From Candidatus Omnitrophota bacterium (lineage in GTDB: Bacteria; Omnitrophota; Gorgyraeia; Gygaellales; Profunditerraquicolaceae), in assembly GCA_043800555.1 (NCBI GenBank), contig JAZDMX010000007.1, positions 26,683-90,682 on the forward strand: a stretch of 64,000 nucleotides of DNA. The letters run 5' to 3'. Both the position numbers and the translations under genes were made by a program. The notes under the pieces were generated by a model that was given only the letters and a program-made list of their open reading frames with translations, ran no database searches and was not told where the DNA came from. Each line of letters starts with the position of its first letter. Position 1 is the first letter of the stretch. Of the stretch, positions 9,123 to 21,456 are shown in pieces.

Positions 9123-10645
9123 TTGGCCTCTAATTTGTTAACGCTATCCAGATACGCCCGGATAGCAGCTTCGATAATATCAGTGCTTGAGCCGCGTCCG
9201 CTATAGATAGAGCTATTTATTTTTAGCTTAAGGCTCACCTGCCCCAAAGCGTCCTTACCGGAAGTAACTGCCTCAAGCCGGAAATCTTCCAGCTTTGCCC
9301 TGTACCCGGTAATTTTATCTATGGCCTTAAAACAGGCATCTACAGGGCCGTCTCCGGAGGAAACTCCGGATACAGCCTGCCTGCCGGCAGGCGGGTTTTC
9401 CGATTTTCTAATCAAAACTACCTTGGCTTCCGGTTTGATTTTTGTTCCGGAGGTAACCTCAAAACTATTCAGCTGCCAGAGCGGCTTAATCACGCTGATT
9501 TCATCTTCAACAATTGTCCTTAGGTCATCGTCATAGATATCTTTCTTTTTATCGGCGACTTCCTTGAAGCGGACAAAAGCCTTATTCAGTTGGACATCAT
9601 TCAGGCGAAACCCAAGCGCCTTGAGCCTATCGCCAAAGGCGTGCCGGCCAGAGTGTTTGCCGAGAATAAGCTGGCTAGAGGATATCCCCACATCTTTAGG
9701 GTCCATAATCTCATAGGTAGCCCTGTTCTTGAGGATCGCATCCTGATGAATTCCCGATTCATGGCTAAAGGCATTTCTTCCCACGATGGCCTTATTGGGC
9801 GGGACAACAAAATTCGTCAGGTTGCTCACCAGCCGCGAAGTGCGGAATATCTCCTTGGTGTTTATATCCATATAAAATTTCCCGAAGATATCCTTGCGCG
9901 TCTTAATCGCCATAACCACCTCTTCCAAAGAAGCATTCCCGGCGCGCTCGCCTATGCCGTTAATGGTGCAGTGGACTTGCCTGGCTCCCGCCAAGACCGC
10001 GGAAAGAGAATTAGCCGAAGCTAAACCCAGGTCATTATGGCAATGCGTGGCGATTATTGCCTTGTTAATATTGGGAACGTTATTTTTTATATCGGTAACT
10101 AGCGAAAATATTTCCTGGGGATAGCTATAACCTACAGTATCCGGAATATTAATGGTCTTTGCGCCTTCGTTAATTGCGGCTTCAATTACCTTAAAAAGAA
10201 AGCCCCTCTCTGAGCGCGTAGCATCTTCAGGGGAAAATTCAACATCATCGCAGAGGCGCCTCCCCAGTTTTACCGCGCCTTTAGCGATTTCCAGAATCTC
10301 ATCTTCGGCTTTTTTAAACTTGTATTGCAGATGGATCTTAGAAGTAGCCAAAAACAGATGGACCCGCGGCCTTTTCGCCGGTTTAAGGGCGCTGGCGGCA
10401 GATTCAATATCCGGCTTAAGGCAGCGGGCCAATCCGCAGATAACGCTTTTCTTGATGGCCTTAGAAATCTCGGCTACGGCCTTAAAATCACCGGGGGAAG
10501 CAATCGGAAAGCCGGCTTCGATTATATCCACGCCCAACCTCTCCAACTGAAAAGCAACTTCCAGTTTTTGCTGATGGGTTAAACTTGCTCCCGGCGCCTG
10601 CTCTCCGTCGCGCAATGTCGTATCGAATATTATTATTTTTTCCAT
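9119..10645 (-). CDS. leuA: 2-isopropylmalate synthase (or closely related citramalate synthase), long form with C-terminal regulatory domain
   Basis: [17 protein letters not shown] and HCHNDLGLA motifs. 508 aa with a LeuA-dimer-type C-terminal domain. Directly downstream of ilvC. Confidence 0.8.
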   Translation of the reverse strand: MEKIIIFDTTLRDGEQAPGASLTHQQKLEVAFQLERLGVDIIEAGFPIASPGDFKAVAEISKAIKKSVICGLARCLKPDIESAASALKPAKRPRVHLFLATSKIHLQYKFKKAEDEILEIAKGAVKLGRRLCDDVEFSPEDATRSERGFLFKVIEAAINEGAKTINIPDTVGYSYPQEIFSLVTDIKNNVPNINKAIIATHCHNDLGLASANSLSAVLAGARQVHCTINGIGERAGNASLEEVVMAIKTRKDIFGKFYMDINTKEIFRTSRLVSNLTNFVVPPNKAIVGRNAFSHESGIHQDAILKNRATYEIMDPKDVGISSSQLILGKHSGRHAFGDRLKALGFRLNDVQLNKAFVRFKEVADKKKDIYDDDLRTIVEDEISVIKPLWQLNSFEVTSGTKIKPEAKVVLIRKSENPPAGRQAVSGVSSGDGPVDACFKAIDKITGYRAKLEDFRLEAVTSGKDALGQVSLKLKINSSIYSGRGSSTDIIEAAIRAYLDSVNKLEAK

Positions 10646-10756
10646 TTGCTTTTCCTTACATACTACCTCTAATGTTTCATCCCTGGCATTGATTTAGCCG
10701 TGCCTCTGGCGTTTACGGATAAATCACCCTGAGCTCTGCGAAGGGCATACCACTTA

Positions 10757-11749
10757 TTAATGTTTCATCCAGGGCATCATATCCCTCAACTCTTTGCCCA
10801 CCTTCTCAATTAAATGGTTATCTGCCTCGGAGAGCAACTTATTGAAATTCGGCCGGCCCATTTCATTTTCTTTGATCCATTCGCGGGCAAACTTTCCGGT
10901 CTTTATCTCTTTCAACATCTTTTTCATTTCTTTACGGGTTTTTTGCGTAATAATTCTCGGGCCGCGGCTTAGATCCCCGTAACAAGCGGTGTTGGAAACC
11001 CCCCTGCGCATTCCGGAAATACCCCGCTCCTGGATTAAATCGGTAATCAATTTTAACTCGTGCAAAACTTCGAAATAAGCGATCTCCGGCTGGTATCCTG
11101 CTTCGATCAGAGTGTCAAAACCTGCTTTGATTAACTCGCTCACCCCGCCGCAAAGCACTGCCTGCTCGCCGAATAGATCGGTCTCGGTCTCCTCATCAAA
11201 GGTTGTTTCGATTACTCCTGCGGTCGTAGCCTTAATTGCCTTGGCATAAGCTAACGCTAAAGCCTTGGCTTGGCCGGTTGCATCCTGATAAATAGCGATC
11301 AAAGAAGGCACGCCTTTACCCTCTTCATACATTTTCCTTACTAAAGCACCCGGCCCCTTAGGAGCGACCATAAATACATCCACGCTCTTCGGAGGCTTGA
11401 TTTGCTTAAAACGGATATTGAAACCGTGCGAGAAACATAACGCTTTGCCTTTTTTAAGGTTTGGCTTGATGGCCTCTTTGTAAACTTTGGCCTGCACATG
11501 GTCTTGAGTCAATATCTGGATAATATCGGCTGCCTTAGCCGCTTCGGCGGCTGAAACAGGAGTAAACCCATCAGCCTTAGCTTGCTCATAATTCGGGGTA
11601 CCGGGCATTTCGGAAACTACCACGTGCATCCCGGAATCCCTTAAACATAGCGACTGGCCGCGGCCCTGAATGCCATAACCGATAATCGCGATTGTTTTAT
11701 TCTTCAACAAATTCAAGTCCGCGTCTTTGTCATAATAAATCTTCGCCAT
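10757..11749 (-). CDS. ilvC: Ketol-acid reductoisomerase
   Basis: 330 aa. [21 protein letters not shown] Rossmann N-terminus and conserved C-terminal knotted domain. Confidence 0.9.
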   Translation of the reverse strand: MAKIYYDKDADLNLLKNKTIAIIGYGIQGRGQSLCLRDSGMHVVVSEMPGTPNYEQAKADGFTPVSAAEAAKAADIIQILTQDHVQAKVYKEAIKPNLKKGKALCFSHGFNIRFKQIKPPKSVDVFMVAPKGPGALVRKMYEEGKGVPSLIAIYQDATGQAKALALAYAKAIKATTAGVIETTFDEETETDLFGEQAVLCGGVSELIKAGFDTLIEAGYQPEIAYFEVLHELKLITDLIQERGISGMRRGVSNTACYGDLSRGPRIITQKTRKEMKKMLKEIKTGKFAREWIKENEMGRPNFNKLLSEADNHLIEKVGKELRDMMPWMKH

Positions 11750-11771
11750 TTTCTCCTCCGTTTAACTTAAC

Positions 11772-11826
11772 CCGTTCCATTCCCGCATTGGAATTGCAAG
11801 CAAATTCCAATGCGGGAATGGAATTT
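11772..11826. repeat. Palindromic intergenic repeat, copy A (CCCGCATTGGAA / TTCCAATGCGGG family)
   Basis: GTTCCATTCCCGCATTGGAATT-gcaagcaa-ATTCCAATGCGGGAATGGAA. A perfect inverted repeat between ilvN and ilvC. Confidence 0.8.
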
Positions 11827-11833
11827 TACGGTT

Positions 11834-12307
11834 TTAATTACTAATTGCCAATTTCCCGGTTCTAACCAATTCCTGAATCCCAAATTTGCTCAACTCATCC
11901 AGTAACGGCTTAATCTGCCCGCTATCCCCCACTGCCTCGATGATCGCGATATCAGCCTTATGCCGGACTATTTTACCGACATACTTCTTAAACACATTCT
12001 CCAACTTGCTCTTATTTTTAGCCGAATATCTTACTTTGGCCAAAACAAGTTCGCGGTCAACGTGCTCTTTCTTGGTAAAATCCGTAACGGTGATAACATC
12101 AATAAGTTTGTTCAGCTGCTTTTTTATCTGCTCTAAAATCTTAGCGTCTTTGGCCTCCACCACGATAGTCATATAGGATATAGCGGGGTCCAGAGTTTCA
12201 GAAACCGCTAACGAAGCAATGTTATAACCGCGGGCGCTGAATAATCCGGCAATACGCGCTAAAACTCCGAATTTGTTTTCGACTAAAACCGAGATTGTAT
12301 GCCTCAT
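11834..12307 (-). CDS. ilvN: Acetolactate synthase small (regulatory) subunit
   Basis: MRHTISVLVENKFGVLARIAGLFSARGYNI is the ACT-domain N-terminus typical of IlvN/IlvH. Confidence 0.85.
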   Translation of the reverse strand: MRHTISVLVENKFGVLARIAGLFSARGYNIASLAVSETLDPAISYMTIVVEAKDAKILEQIKKQLNKLIDVITVTDFTKKEHVDRELVLAKVRYSAKNKSKLENVFKKYVGKIVRHKADIAIIEAVGDSGQIKPLLDELSKFGIQELVRTGKLAISN

Positions 12308-12326
12308 CTTTTAGTTCTTAGCTAAA

Positions 12327-13991
12327 TTACGCCAATCCTCCGATAAACTGATTAATGGCCTGCCCTGCCGGAACCATAGGAAACACATTCTCTTCGGGCT
12401 CAACCCTAAAATCAATCATTACAGTATTATCCGCAGTAATTGCTTTCTCCAGCGCCGGGCGCACCTCTTCTTTTTTAGTTACCCGGATCCCAAGGCAACC
12501 GTAACTTTCAGCCAGCTTCACAAAATCCGGGCTGGTTATTCCTACCTGCGAATAACGCCTTTTGTAAAAAAGCTCCTGCCACTGCCGGACCATTCCCAAA
12601 TAGCCATTATTTAGAATCGCGATCTTCACGTTTATTTTATTGGCAACGCAAGTCGCAAGCTCCTGGATATTCATCTGGATTGAACCGTCTCCGGCGATAT
12701 CAAAAACTTCTTTCCCCGGGCAACCCACCTTTACCCCCATAGCCGCCGGCAACCCAAAACCCATTGTCCCTAATCCTCCCGAAGAAATAAATGTGCGGGG
12801 CTCGGTATATTTATACCACTGCGCTGCCCACATCTGGTTCTGCCCGACTTCAGTGGTTATAATCGCGCTGCCTTCGGTTATTTCATAAATCTGCTCAATT
12901 ATATACTGCGGCTTAAGCCCTCCGTCGTCTTTATATATTAGCGGGTGCTTCTTTTTCCAGCCTTCGACGGTTTTTAACCACTCTCCTGTATTCGGAGCCT
13001 TCTTGATTTCTTTCAGGAGTTCAATCAAAATATTCCGGGCATCCCCCACTATCGGAATATGCACGTTTACGTTCTTGCTGATAGAGGACGGGTCCACGTC
13101 GATATGGATAATCTTTGCGTAAGGGGCAAAGGCATCAAGCCGCCCCGTTACGCGGTCATCAAAACGGGCGCCCACCGCGATTATCAGGTCACTCTCCATA
13201 ATCGCATGGTTCGCATAAGCGGTCCCGTGCATGCCAAGCATACCCAATGATAACTCATGGGTAGCAGGAAAGGCGCCTATACCCATAAGGGTCCAGGTTA
13301 AAGGCGCATTGATTTTCTCCGCCAGTATCTTTAATTCCTTATGCGCCCCTGATGTAATTACGCCGCCGCCCGCATAGATTATCGGTTTTTTGGCAGAGGC
13401 GATAAGCTTAGCCGCTTTCTTGATCTGCCCGGGATGGCCAAAAAGCGTAGGGTTATAACTGCGTATCTCGGTATTTTCCGGCCAGATAAATACCGCATCC
13501 ATCATTTGGATATCCGAAGGAATATCTATCAACACAGGACCGGGCCTGCCGGTAGAAGCAATATAAAAAGCTTCCCGGATTATGCCCGCTAAATCCTTGA
13601 CATCCTTGACTAAATAATTATGTTTGGTTATCGGGCGGGTAATACCAGTGACATCGGCTTCCTGGAAGGCGTCGTTACCGATTAAAAAGCTCTTTACCTG
13701 GCCGGTAATCGCAACCATCGGGATAGAATCCATATAGGCATTAGCGATGCCGGTTACAAGATTTGTCGCTCCCGGGCCCGAAGTGGCTATGCACACCCCA
13801 ACTTTACCGGTTGAGCGGGAATAACCATCAGCGGCATGGGCCGCCCCCTGCTCATGCCGGGTAAGTATAAACCTGATATCCGAATCATAAAGGCTATCAA
13901 ATATAGGCAGGACCTGGCCGCCGGGATAGCCAAACATCACCTCTACGCCTTCGCGTTTCAACGACTCCAGTAATATTTGCGAACCTTTCAT
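12327..13991 (-). CDS. ilvB: Acetolactate synthase large subunit (ThDP-dependent)
   Basis: 554 aa. Conserved ThDP-binding GDG(S)x...NN motif (IAGDGSIQMNIQELAT...ILNNGYLGMVRQWQ). Confidence 0.9.
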   Translation of the reverse strand: MKGSQILLESLKREGVEVMFGYPGGQVLPIFDSLYDSDIRFILTRHEQGAAHAADGYSRSTGKVGVCIATSGPGATNLVTGIANAYMDSIPMVAITGQVKSFLIGNDAFQEADVTGITRPITKHNYLVKDVKDLAGIIREAFYIASTGRPGPVLIDIPSDIQMMDAVFIWPENTEIRSYNPTLFGHPGQIKKAAKLIASAKKPIIYAGGGVITSGAHKELKILAEKINAPLTWTLMGIGAFPATHELSLGMLGMHGTAYANHAIMESDLIIAVGARFDDRVTGRLDAFAPYAKIIHIDVDPSSISKNVNVHIPIVGDARNILIELLKEIKKAPNTGEWLKTVEGWKKKHPLIYKDDGGLKPQYIIEQIYEITEGSAIITTEVGQNQMWAAQWYKYTEPRTFISSGGLGTMGFGLPAAMGVKVGCPGKEVFDIAGDGSIQMNIQELATCVANKINVKIAILNNGYLGMVRQWQELFYKRRYSQVGITSPDFVKLAESYGCLGIRVTKKEEVRPALEKAITADNTVMIDFRVEPEENVFPMVPAGQAINQFIGGLA

Positions 13992-14071
13992 ATCTTTATC
14001 CCTTGGCCTCTTGGCTCAGAGTCCATAGATTATAGTCATCTTTTACTATGGACCATAAGCTAAACATTATA

Positions 14072-15724
14072 CTAAACCAATACGGCTCCCTTATCCGCCG
14101 AACTGACTGATCTTGCATACCTGGACAAATACCCTGTCTTGATCTTAGGCGCTACAGGTTTCCAATGCTTGAATCTTTTCTTAATCTCTTCCTCGCTTAA
14201 TTTCGCCTCTATCTTCCGGTTAACTATATCAATAACAATCGTATCCCCGTCTTTTAAGATCGCGATCGGCCCGCCACTGGAAGCCTCCGGAGAAATATGG
14301 CCGATACACGGGCCTTTTGTCCCGCCTGAAAAACGTCCGTCGGTAATTAAGGCCACTGAATCCGCCAGGCCTAAGCCTACGATCGCCGCGGTCGGAGCAA
14401 GCATCTCGCGCATTCCGGGCCCGCCTGCCGGGCCTTCATAACGAATAACAATGCAATCGCCTTTTTTAATCTCATTATTCATAATCGCCTGCATTGCTTC
14501 TTCTTCGCGGTTAAATACGCGGGCGCACCCGGTAAACTTCATCATTTTATCGCTTACGCCTGACTGCTTAACTACTGCGCCTTCCGGAGCGATGTTGCCA
14601 TATAGCACGGCAATCCCGCCTTGTTTATGGTAAGCTTTGTTTAAAGGGCGGATCACATCCTCATCGGATATTCTGGCTTTATCGGCAATCTCAAAAGTTT
14701 TCTCTCCGCTCACATTCAAGACATTATTCAGCTTGGATTTTAACCTCTTTAAAACCGCGGGAATCCCGCCGGCATATTCAAGGTCTTCCATAAAATGCGT
14801 TCCGGCCGGCTCTAAGCTTGTAATGTGCGCAGTAGTTTTGCCGATCTTGTCAAAAGTTTTCAAGTCCAAATCAATTCCTGCCTCATGGGCAATAGACATT
14901 AAATGCAAAACAGTATTACTGGACCCGCCCAAAGCCATATCCACCACAATCGCGTTCTCTAAAGATTTTTTGGTAATGATATCGCGGGGCTTGATATTTT
15001 CTCTCACTAATTCCACGATGCGCTCGCCGCTTGCCTGGGCAATCCTGCGTTTCTTGGCTGAAGCAGCCAGAGCAGTCCCGCAACCGGGAATAGACAACCC
15101 GATAGTCTCGGTAAGACAAGCCATTGTATTGGCCGTATATAAACCCTGGCAAGAGCCGGATCCGGGGCAAGCTTCCATCTCCAAACAAGATAATTCTTCC
15201 GGGGAGATATCGCCCTTCTTTGCCCGGGCCATCCCTTCATAAGTATCGTGCACAAAAGCCAGTTTTCGTTGATTGTAACGGCCTGATAGCATCGGCCCGG
15301 CAGTTACAATTATTGCCGGGATGTTCAACCGCGCCGCTCCCATAATCATACCGGGAGTGATCTTATCGCAATTAGTCAAACAAATGATCCCGTCTAACTG
15401 ATGGGCATTACACACTGTTTCAATTGTGTCGGCGACAATCTCCCGAAGCGCCAAAGGATAACACATCCCTAAATGGCCCATAGCAATGCCGTCGCAAATT
15501 CCCGGCACTCCGAATAAAAACGGCACACCCTGCCCGTAACAAATCCCGCGCTCGATAAAACGCTCCAAATCGCGCATGCCGATATGGCCGGGTATAAGGT
15601 CGGTAAAAGATGTGGCAACCCCTATAAACGGCCTGTCGAGATCTCTTTTGGACAGACCTGTCGCGTGCAAAAGCGCGCGGTGCGGAACTCTCTCCAACCC
15701 TTTCTTGATTTTATCGGAACGCAT
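14072..15724 (-). CDS. ilvD: Dihydroxy-acid dehydratase
   Basis: 550 aa. [Fe-S] ligand context CDKITPGM, and conserved ILVD/EDD blocks ([22 protein letters not shown]). Confidence 0.9.
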   Translation of the reverse strand: MRSDKIKKGLERVPHRALLHATGLSKRDLDRPFIGVATSFTDLIPGHIGMRDLERFIERGICYGQGVPFLFGVPGICDGIAMGHLGMCYPLALREIVADTIETVCNAHQLDGIICLTNCDKITPGMIMGAARLNIPAIIVTAGPMLSGRYNQRKLAFVHDTYEGMARAKKGDISPEELSCLEMEACPGSGSCQGLYTANTMACLTETIGLSIPGCGTALAASAKKRRIAQASGERIVELVRENIKPRDIITKKSLENAIVVDMALGGSSNTVLHLMSIAHEAGIDLDLKTFDKIGKTTAHITSLEPAGTHFMEDLEYAGGIPAVLKRLKSKLNNVLNVSGEKTFEIADKARISDEDVIRPLNKAYHKQGGIAVLYGNIAPEGAVVKQSGVSDKMMKFTGCARVFNREEEAMQAIMNNEIKKGDCIVIRYEGPAGGPGMREMLAPTAAIVGLGLADSVALITDGRFSGGTKGPCIGHISPEASSGGPIAILKDGDTIVIDIVNRKIEAKLSEEEIKKRFKHWKPVAPKIKTGYLSRYARSVSSADKGAVLV

Positions 15725-15770
15725 GGTTTTCTCCCTTCGGTCGAAAAAGCTGTTAGCTCATTGCTATTAG

Positions 15771-17096
15771 CTAGTCTGCTCCTTCTCCGTCATGAACAAT
15801 CTCTTTTGCGGCTTTACGCGGCCGGGAAATCACCCGTTTTAAGACCACAAATTTACCCGTCAATTCCCGGTTATTAACGGCATTTAGCTGTTTAAACAAA
15901 AAGTCGAATTTGTTTTCGATCTCGCCGGCAATCTTATCGCGGGTCTCTTGAGCTAAGCCCATAATTTCTTTCTTAAACTGCCCCAGGGCTTTCTTACGCG
16001 CCTTGTAGAAGAACTGCTCGTCAGTCTCCCCTTCTTTTCTTTCATTGGCGGCATTAACAACCAGCCAATCATACATCTTCTTCTTCAAGCCGGCGGGAAA
16101 GTTTACGCTATCCAGCAGCATATTCTGAAAACCCGTTGCTAAATGCACCTCCAAAGTGTCATTCTCGGGAAATTTGTGGAACATTTCTTGCGGCAAAGTA
16201 GAAGCGCCATGCTGGACTGCCCCTCCAAGCCCGAATTCTTGTTTAGCAATACCGGAAAGGCTCTTCAGGGTAGCAAAGTCCAACTTTACTTCCGCTATAG
16301 AACCATCCGCCTTTACTACACCGCCGTGAGAAGTGCCGGTCTGAATGGAAATTTTACTGATTCCGGATAGACCTTTACGTAATTTTTCGCGGTAACCTCC
16401 CATAAAAGCGCGTAAATCTTCAGGAGTGGAATTCTGATGGCCAACTTCGCCAATCTCTCCTCCTACTGAAACAGTCACTCCCTTAGGTTCTATCCTGCGG
16501 ATAAACTGCGTTAGTTTTGCGCAAACTTCATAATTAAATTTCTGCTGTTTTCTAATATCGGTTTTGGATAAATCCACCAGAGTCGATGAATCGATATCGA
16601 TATTATAAAAACCCGCGGCAATCGCGTCAGCAATCAAATCCTCTAGCCCCTGTAATTCCTTATCGGGGTTTTCCTGGAATTTCTTGGCATTAACCTGCAC
16701 GTGGTCTGCCTGAATAAATACCGGCCCCTTATGTCCTTCCTTAATCGCAGCGCCCAGGATAACGCTGACGTATTCAACGGGAGTTTGTGAGGTATAACCC
16801 ATCTCGGACTTAGCAATCTCGAAAATGAAAGCGCCGGAATTATTCTTTTTTGCCACCCTGAATATCGCCCGGGCCAAATCATAGGTTAAACTACGCAAAT
16901 TCATCGCCGGCACCGTAAAACCGCTGAATTCGCCCTTACCGGATGCCGTATAGAGATCGTGGATGCTCGCCGGATAGATGCCTGATTTATAAGCCATTGC
17001 CAGTATCTTCTTGGCTAATTCTTTTTTTGCGGCCGATTCATCCGTGATAACCAAATCCGTAACAATTTTGTCAATGCTTAAAGCTTTCCTTCCCAT
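15771..17096 (-). CDS. fba: Class II (metal-dependent) fructose-bisphosphate aldolase family protein, long form with C-terminal extension
   Basis: Aligns block-by-block with E. coli FbaA: GFTVPAMNLRS vs FALPAVNCVG; FIQADHV vs LHTDHC; VGGEIGEVG vs ELGCTGGEE; IQTGTSHGGV vs ASFGNVHGV; AVQHGASTL vs VFHGGSGS. Adjacent to pfkA. Confidence 0.7.
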   Translation of the reverse strand: MGRKALSIDKIVTDLVITDESAAKKELAKKILAMAYKSGIYPASIHDLYTASGKGEFSGFTVPAMNLRSLTYDLARAIFRVAKKNNSGAFIFEIAKSEMGYTSQTPVEYVSVILGAAIKEGHKGPVFIQADHVQVNAKKFQENPDKELQGLEDLIADAIAAGFYNIDIDSSTLVDLSKTDIRKQQKFNYEVCAKLTQFIRRIEPKGVTVSVGGEIGEVGHQNSTPEDLRAFMGGYREKLRKGLSGISKISIQTGTSHGGVVKADGSIAEVKLDFATLKSLSGIAKQEFGLGGAVQHGASTLPQEMFHKFPENDTLEVHLATGFQNMLLDSVNFPAGLKKKMYDWLVVNAANERKEGETDEQFFYKARKKALGQFKKEIMGLAQETRDKIAGEIENKFDFLFKQLNAVNNRELTGKFVVLKRVISRPRKAAKEIVHDGEGAD

Positions 17097-17112
17097 AGCA
17101 AATATTTCCTCC

Positions 17113-18075
17113 TTAACTTAGAATCTTAATTAATCCGTAAAAATTATCCACGCGCAATTCTTTTTTCTTGATTGCGGTAGCAAAATCAACGCTGCCAATT
17201 TTTCCGTTGATTAAACCGACGGCTTTATCTTTCTCGCCTTTTATAAGCAAATCCACCGCTACCTTTCCAAAATTCAAAGCCAGGTCCCTGGAAGTTGCCG
17301 TAGGCCGGCCCCCTCTTTGAATATGGCCAAGAGTAATCGCCCGGGTCTCAAGGCTAGTAAGTTCATTAATCTGCCTGGCGATATCTTCGGCGTGGCCTGC
17401 TCCTTCGGCTACTACAATAATCCAGCTTACCTTGCCGATCATATTGCCGTGGACAATATCATGGCAAGTCGCTTCTAAATCAAAAGGCTTCTCCGGGATA
17501 ATCACATCTTCGCATCCGCCGGCAAGGGCAACCGCCAAAGCGATAAATCCGCAATCACGACCCATGACTTCAACCACAAAAATCCGCTCCATGCTGGTCG
17601 CCGTATCGCGGATATTATCAATGGCGTTCAGCGCGGTGTTTATCGCCGTATCGGCGCCGATAGTATAATCTATCCCGTTTACATCGTTATCGATGGAGGC
17701 GGCAATTCCCAGGCAAGGAACATTATATTTATTCCCGAATTTATGCGCGGCGGCAAAACTGCCGTTGCCTCCAATAACCACCAACCCGTCTATGCCGTAT
17801 TTCTTTATTGTGTTAAAAGCGCGGTTTTGCCCCTCTTCGGTCTGGAATTCCAGGCAACGGGCGGTTTTTAAAATTGTCCCGCCCTGGCTAATTATCCCTG
17901 AAACAGAACGATGGTCCATTACTTTTAGCTCTTCGTTAATCAGGCCGAACCAGCCGCGAAATACTCCCATAACCTCCAATTTATTGGCTAACGCATACCG
18001 GATTACGCTGCGTATTGCCGGATTCATCCCCGGCGCGTCTCCGCCTGTAGTTAAAACCGCGATCCTCTTCATCAA
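17113..18075 (-). CDS. pfkA: 6-phosphofructokinase (PfkA family; Gly at the 104-equivalent suggests ATP-dependent)
   Basis: [30 protein letters not shown] and GHIQRGG motifs. Confidence 0.8.
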   Translation of the reverse strand: MMKRIAVLTTGGDAPGMNPAIRSVIRYALANKLEVMGVFRGWFGLINEELKVMDHRSVSGIISQGGTILKTARCLEFQTEEGQNRAFNTIKKYGIDGLVVIGGNGSFAAAHKFGNKYNVPCLGIAASIDNDVNGIDYTIGADTAINTALNAIDNIRDTATSMERIFVVEVMGRDCGFIALAVALAGGCEDVIIPEKPFDLEATCHDIVHGNMIGKVSWIIVVAEGAGHAEDIARQINELTSLETRAITLGHIQRGGRPTATSRDLALNFGKVAVDLLIKGEKDKAVGLINGKIGSVDFATAIKKKELRVDNFYGLIKILS

Positions 18076-19328
18076 GTGCCCATCTCCCAGCTAGACAAAT
18101 ATTTCTTCTGCTCCAAAGTCAAGGTATCTATTTTTATCCCTAAAGATTTTAGTTTCAAGCCCGCGATATTCTTATCGATATCATCCGGGACCTTATAAAC
18201 TTGGTTCTTAAGCTTTCTGTAATTCTTCGACATATATTCGGCGGAAAACGCCTGATTGGCAAAAGACATATCCATAACGCTCGCCGGATGCCCTTCGGCT
18301 GCGGCTAAATTTATGAGCCTGCCCTCGCCTAACAAATAAACCTTGCGGCCGTCCCTTAAAATATACTCATCCACAAAATCACGTATTTGTTTTTTCCTTA
18401 TGCTGATTTTTTTCAAACCCGCGATATCCAATTCCACATTAAAGTGGCCGGAGTTACTCACTATGGCGCCATCTTTCATCACCTGAAAATGCTCTCTCCT
18501 TATGACGTTTATATCCCCGGTCACGGTGACAAAAACATCCCCGAGCTTGGCCGCTTCTCTAATCGGCATAACCTGAAATCCGTCCATGTTTGCTTCCAGC
18601 GCCCGCAAAGGATCGACTTCTACAACGATTACCTTAGCGCCCAAACCGTCAGCGCGCATAGCCGCTCCTTTCCCGCACCAGCCATAACCGCAGACCACAA
18701 AATTTGCTCCGGCCAACAATTTATTTGTCGCTCGGATTATTCCGTCTATCGTGGATTGGCCTGTCCCGTAACGGTTATCGAACAAATGTTTGGTCATCGC
18801 GTCATTAACCGCGATTATCGGATAGCGCAATTTTCCTTCTTCGGCAAGAGCCCTTAAACGTATAACGCCGGTGGTCGTCTCTTCGGTGCCTCCGATAATA
18901 TTCGAATGCGCAAGACTTTTCGCCTGATGAATAGTAGAAACCAAATCCGCGCCATCATCCATCGTTATGTCAGGCTTAGCCGCAAGGACCGATTTAATAT
19001 GGCTATAATAAGTCGGGGTATCCTCGCCTTTTATCGCGAAAACCGATACCTTTAAGTCCTTCACTAAAGAAGCGGCCACATCATCTTGCGTCGAGAGCGG
19101 ATTGGAAGCACAGACAAAAACTTCCGCTCCCCCGGCTTTTAAGACGCCGCACAAAACGCCTGTTTCGGTAGTTACGTGAAGGCAGGCGGCGACTTTTAAG
19201 CCTTTGAGAGGTTTTTCTTTTAAAAATCTTTGTTTGATTAAGCTGAGAACGGGCATATTATTAGACGCCCATTCAATCCTCAAAGACCCTTTCTTGGCCA
19301 AACCGGTATTTTTGACATCATATTTCAT
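18072..19328 (-). CDS. ahcY: Adenosylhomocysteinase
   Basis: 418 aa. NAD-binding [11 protein letters not shown] and conserved SAHH blocks (ETTTGV, HFxxEID-like). Confidence 0.9.
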   Translation of the reverse strand: MKYDVKNTGLAKKGSLRIEWASNNMPVLSLIKQRFLKEKPLKGLKVAACLHVTTETGVLCGVLKAGGAEVFVCASNPLSTQDDVAASLVKDLKVSVFAIKGEDTPTYYSHIKSVLAAKPDITMDDGADLVSTIHQAKSLAHSNIIGGTEETTTGVIRLRALAEEGKLRYPIIAVNDAMTKHLFDNRYGTGQSTIDGIIRATNKLLAGANFVVCGYGWCGKGAAMRADGLGAKVIVVEVDPLRALEANMDGFQVMPIREAAKLGDVFVTVTGDINVIRREHFQVMKDGAIVSNSGHFNVELDIAGLKKISIRKKQIRDFVDEYILRDGRKVYLLGEGRLINLAAAEGHPASVMDMSFANQAFSAEYMSKNYRKLKNQVYKVPDDIDKNIAGLKLKSLGIKIDTLTLEQKKYLSSWEMGT

Positions 19329-19353
19329 GAAATCTCCTTTAAGAGTGTTTAAT

Positions 19354-20526
19354 TTATAATTTTGCCGCTTGCTTTTTCAGCACCGCTGCCTTATCCGTTG
19401 ATTCCCAGCTAAACTCGGGCTCTGTCCTGCCGAAGTGGCCATAACAGGCGGTCTTCCTATATATGGGGCGCAACAGGTCCAGGGACTTAATCATCCCTTG
19501 CGGAGTGAGCTCGAAATTATCACGAATTAATTTTATAAATTGGGCTTCACTGAGCTTTCCCGTGCCGGAAGTATCAACCATGATTGCCAAAGGATCGGCC
19601 TTGCCGATAACATAAGCAAGATGGATCAAGCATTTGTCAGCCAGCCCCGCGGCCACGATATTTTTGGCGATGTAACGGGCCATGTAAGCTGCGGAACGGT
19701 CAACCTTGGTCGGGTCTTTTCCCGAAAACGCCCCGCCGCCGGGAGCAGCTGCTCCGCCATAAGTATCCACGACAATCTTCCTTCCGGTCATACCGGTATC
19801 GGATTGAGGGCCTCCGATGACAAATTTTCCCGTTTCATTGATAAAATATTTTGTGTCCTTATCTATGTATTCTTTCAAAATCGGCTTGGCAATCACGTCA
19901 ATAAATTCCTGGCGGCTGGCCTTAGTAATCTTTTCTTTAGTGGAATCGAGGATCTCCTCGGTATGCTGGCATGCCAAAACAACCGAATCCACTCTCTTAG
20001 GCTTGCCATCGTGATACTCCACAGAAACCTGGGACTTGCAATCAGGCCCCAGGTATTTTAAAACCCCTTTTCTCCTGGTGTCTGCCATTTTCTTTACCAA
20101 CTTTTGAGAAAGCATTATCGGTAGAGGCATAAATTCTTCGGTCTCGCGGCAGGCAAAACCGACCATAAACCCCTGATCGCCTGCTCCGCCGGTATTTACC
20201 CCTTGGGCAATATCCGGAGACTGGCTATTAATCGTATTGATGATAGCGCAAGTATGATAATCAAACCCGTATTTAGGATGAGTATAACCTATCTCCTTAA
20301 TGATACTGCGGGCTAATCTTTGTATATCCACATAAGCGGTAGTAGTAATCTCTCCGCCTACAATCAAAAGGCCCATAGTTACAAAGGTTTCACAAGCTAC
20401 CCTTCCATAAGGGTCTTGCTTCAAAACTTCATCCAATACACCGTCGGATATTTGATCGCAAACCTTGTCCGGATGCCCTTCTCCTACCGACTCAGATGTA
20501 AAATAATGTTTACGGCCTACTGTCAT
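19354..20526 (-). CDS. metK: S-adenosylmethionine synthetase
   Basis: [21 protein letters not shown]-terminus; GAGDQG; [16 protein letters not shown]. Confidence 0.9.
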   Translation of the reverse strand: MTVGRKHYFTSESVGEGHPDKVCDQISDGVLDEVLKQDPYGRVACETFVTMGLLIVGGEITTTAYVDIQRLARSIIKEIGYTHPKYGFDYHTCAIINTINSQSPDIAQGVNTGGAGDQGFMVGFACRETEEFMPLPIMLSQKLVKKMADTRRKGVLKYLGPDCKSQVSVEYHDGKPKRVDSVVLACQHTEEILDSTKEKITKASRQEFIDVIAKPILKEYIDKDTKYFINETGKFVIGGPQSDTGMTGRKIVVDTYGGAAAPGGGAFSGKDPTKVDRSAAYMARYIAKNIVAAGLADKCLIHLAYVIGKADPLAIMVDTSGTGKLSEAQFIKLIRDNFELTPQGMIKSLDLLRPIYRKTACYGHFGRTEPEFSWESTDKAAVLKKQAAKL

Positions 20527-20664
20527 ATCTCCTCCTTAATTTACCCATTCTTGAGTTACAAATCAATCTCCCCCTAAAGGGCAAAAGATCGGTTCTTCCC
20601 TCTTACTGGGCTGCAAAGTAACCCCAAGCCTTGGCGATATCCTCCGGGCAAAGGGATAAATTTG

Positions 20665-21402
20665 CTATTGAACGAATTTATCTTTTGCTGCGGTTAAATA
20701 CTTAAAATCTCCGATGTCATACCAGGCCCCCGGAAAAACAAAACCGTAAGTATCAGCCCTGTCTTTGAGCCAACCTATGTAATTACCCGTAGCATCGGCA
20801 TTATCCCTAATTTTCATGTAATCCTTAATCAAGCCCAAACGCTCAGCTGGGATATAATATAAACACATTGCCACTAATCTGGACCGGGGGTGCCTGGGTT
20901 TTTCCTGAAAGCCAACAACCCTCCTGTTTTTATCCAGCTTAACCACGCCGTAACGTGAGGCTTCTTTCAACTCTCTCAATCTATAAACACCGATAGTAAC
21001 TGCCGGCTTATTCTTTCCGGCAAAACTTAAGAAATCTTTTAACTTTGCGTCAAACAGGTTATCGCCTCCAATAATCAAGATATCCTGGTTGATGCGCTTC
21101 TTGCTTATGGCAAAATTTACGTCCCCGATTGCCCCCAGCCTATCGCTGTTAGTCTTGGTAAGATCATCCAACAGCGTAAGTTCCTTATTCACCTTAACCG
21201 ACTTCTTCCACTGGCGGAACTTGGCGATAAACTTGCTATTGGTCACTACAATTATTTCCTCGACCTGCCTTATAGCCTCCAGCTTACTAACGATATAATC
21301 AAGGATCGGCTTATCTTTAACCTTAAGCAAGGGCTTAGGGTATGCTTTAGTTAAAGGGTACAGGCGCGTAGCGTATCCGGCAGCTAATATTATCGCTTTC
21401 AT
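20665..21402 (-). CDS. Sugar-1-phosphate nucleotidyltransferase family protein (NTP_transferase fold; specificity unknown)
   Basis: MKAIILAAGYATRLYPLTKAYPKPLL is the G-x-G-T-R nucleotide-binding N-terminus of RmlA/GalU/ManC-like enzymes. Confidence 0.65.
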   Translation of the reverse strand: MKAIILAAGYATRLYPLTKAYPKPLLKVKDKPILDYIVSKLEAIRQVEEIIVVTNSKFIAKFRQWKKSVKVNKELTLLDDLTKTNSDRLGAIGDVNFAISKKRINQDILIIGGDNLFDAKLKDFLSFAGKNKPAVTIGVYRLRELKEASRYGVVKLDKNRRVVGFQEKPRHPRSRLVAMCLYYIPAERLGLIKDYMKIRDNADATGNYIGWLKDRADTYGFVFPGAWYDIGDFKYLTAAKDKFVQ

Positions 21403-21456
21403 ATCTTGAACCGTTTTTCCCGGACATTGCTTAAGTTAAGGAGGTAAGCCCCGGGT

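Noticed and set aside
13992-14071. Inverted repeat GAGTCCATAG…CTATGGACC between ilvD and ilvB as a terminator
   Set aside because: The 8-bp stem with an 18-nt loop is weak and lies inside what is otherwise a contiguous ilvD-ilvB-ilvN-ilvC-leuA operon. It is more likely a minor processing or pausing element, if anything.
20527-20664. 138-nt 5' leader of metK, inspected for a SAM riboswitch
   Set aside because: No match to the SAM-I core (GGAGGGA…GGCCCGA…CCCGGCAACC) or to the SAM-II or SAM/SAH pseudoknot consensus that I can recognise. Only generic short inverted repeats are present. It may still be structured, but I cannot support a riboswitch call.
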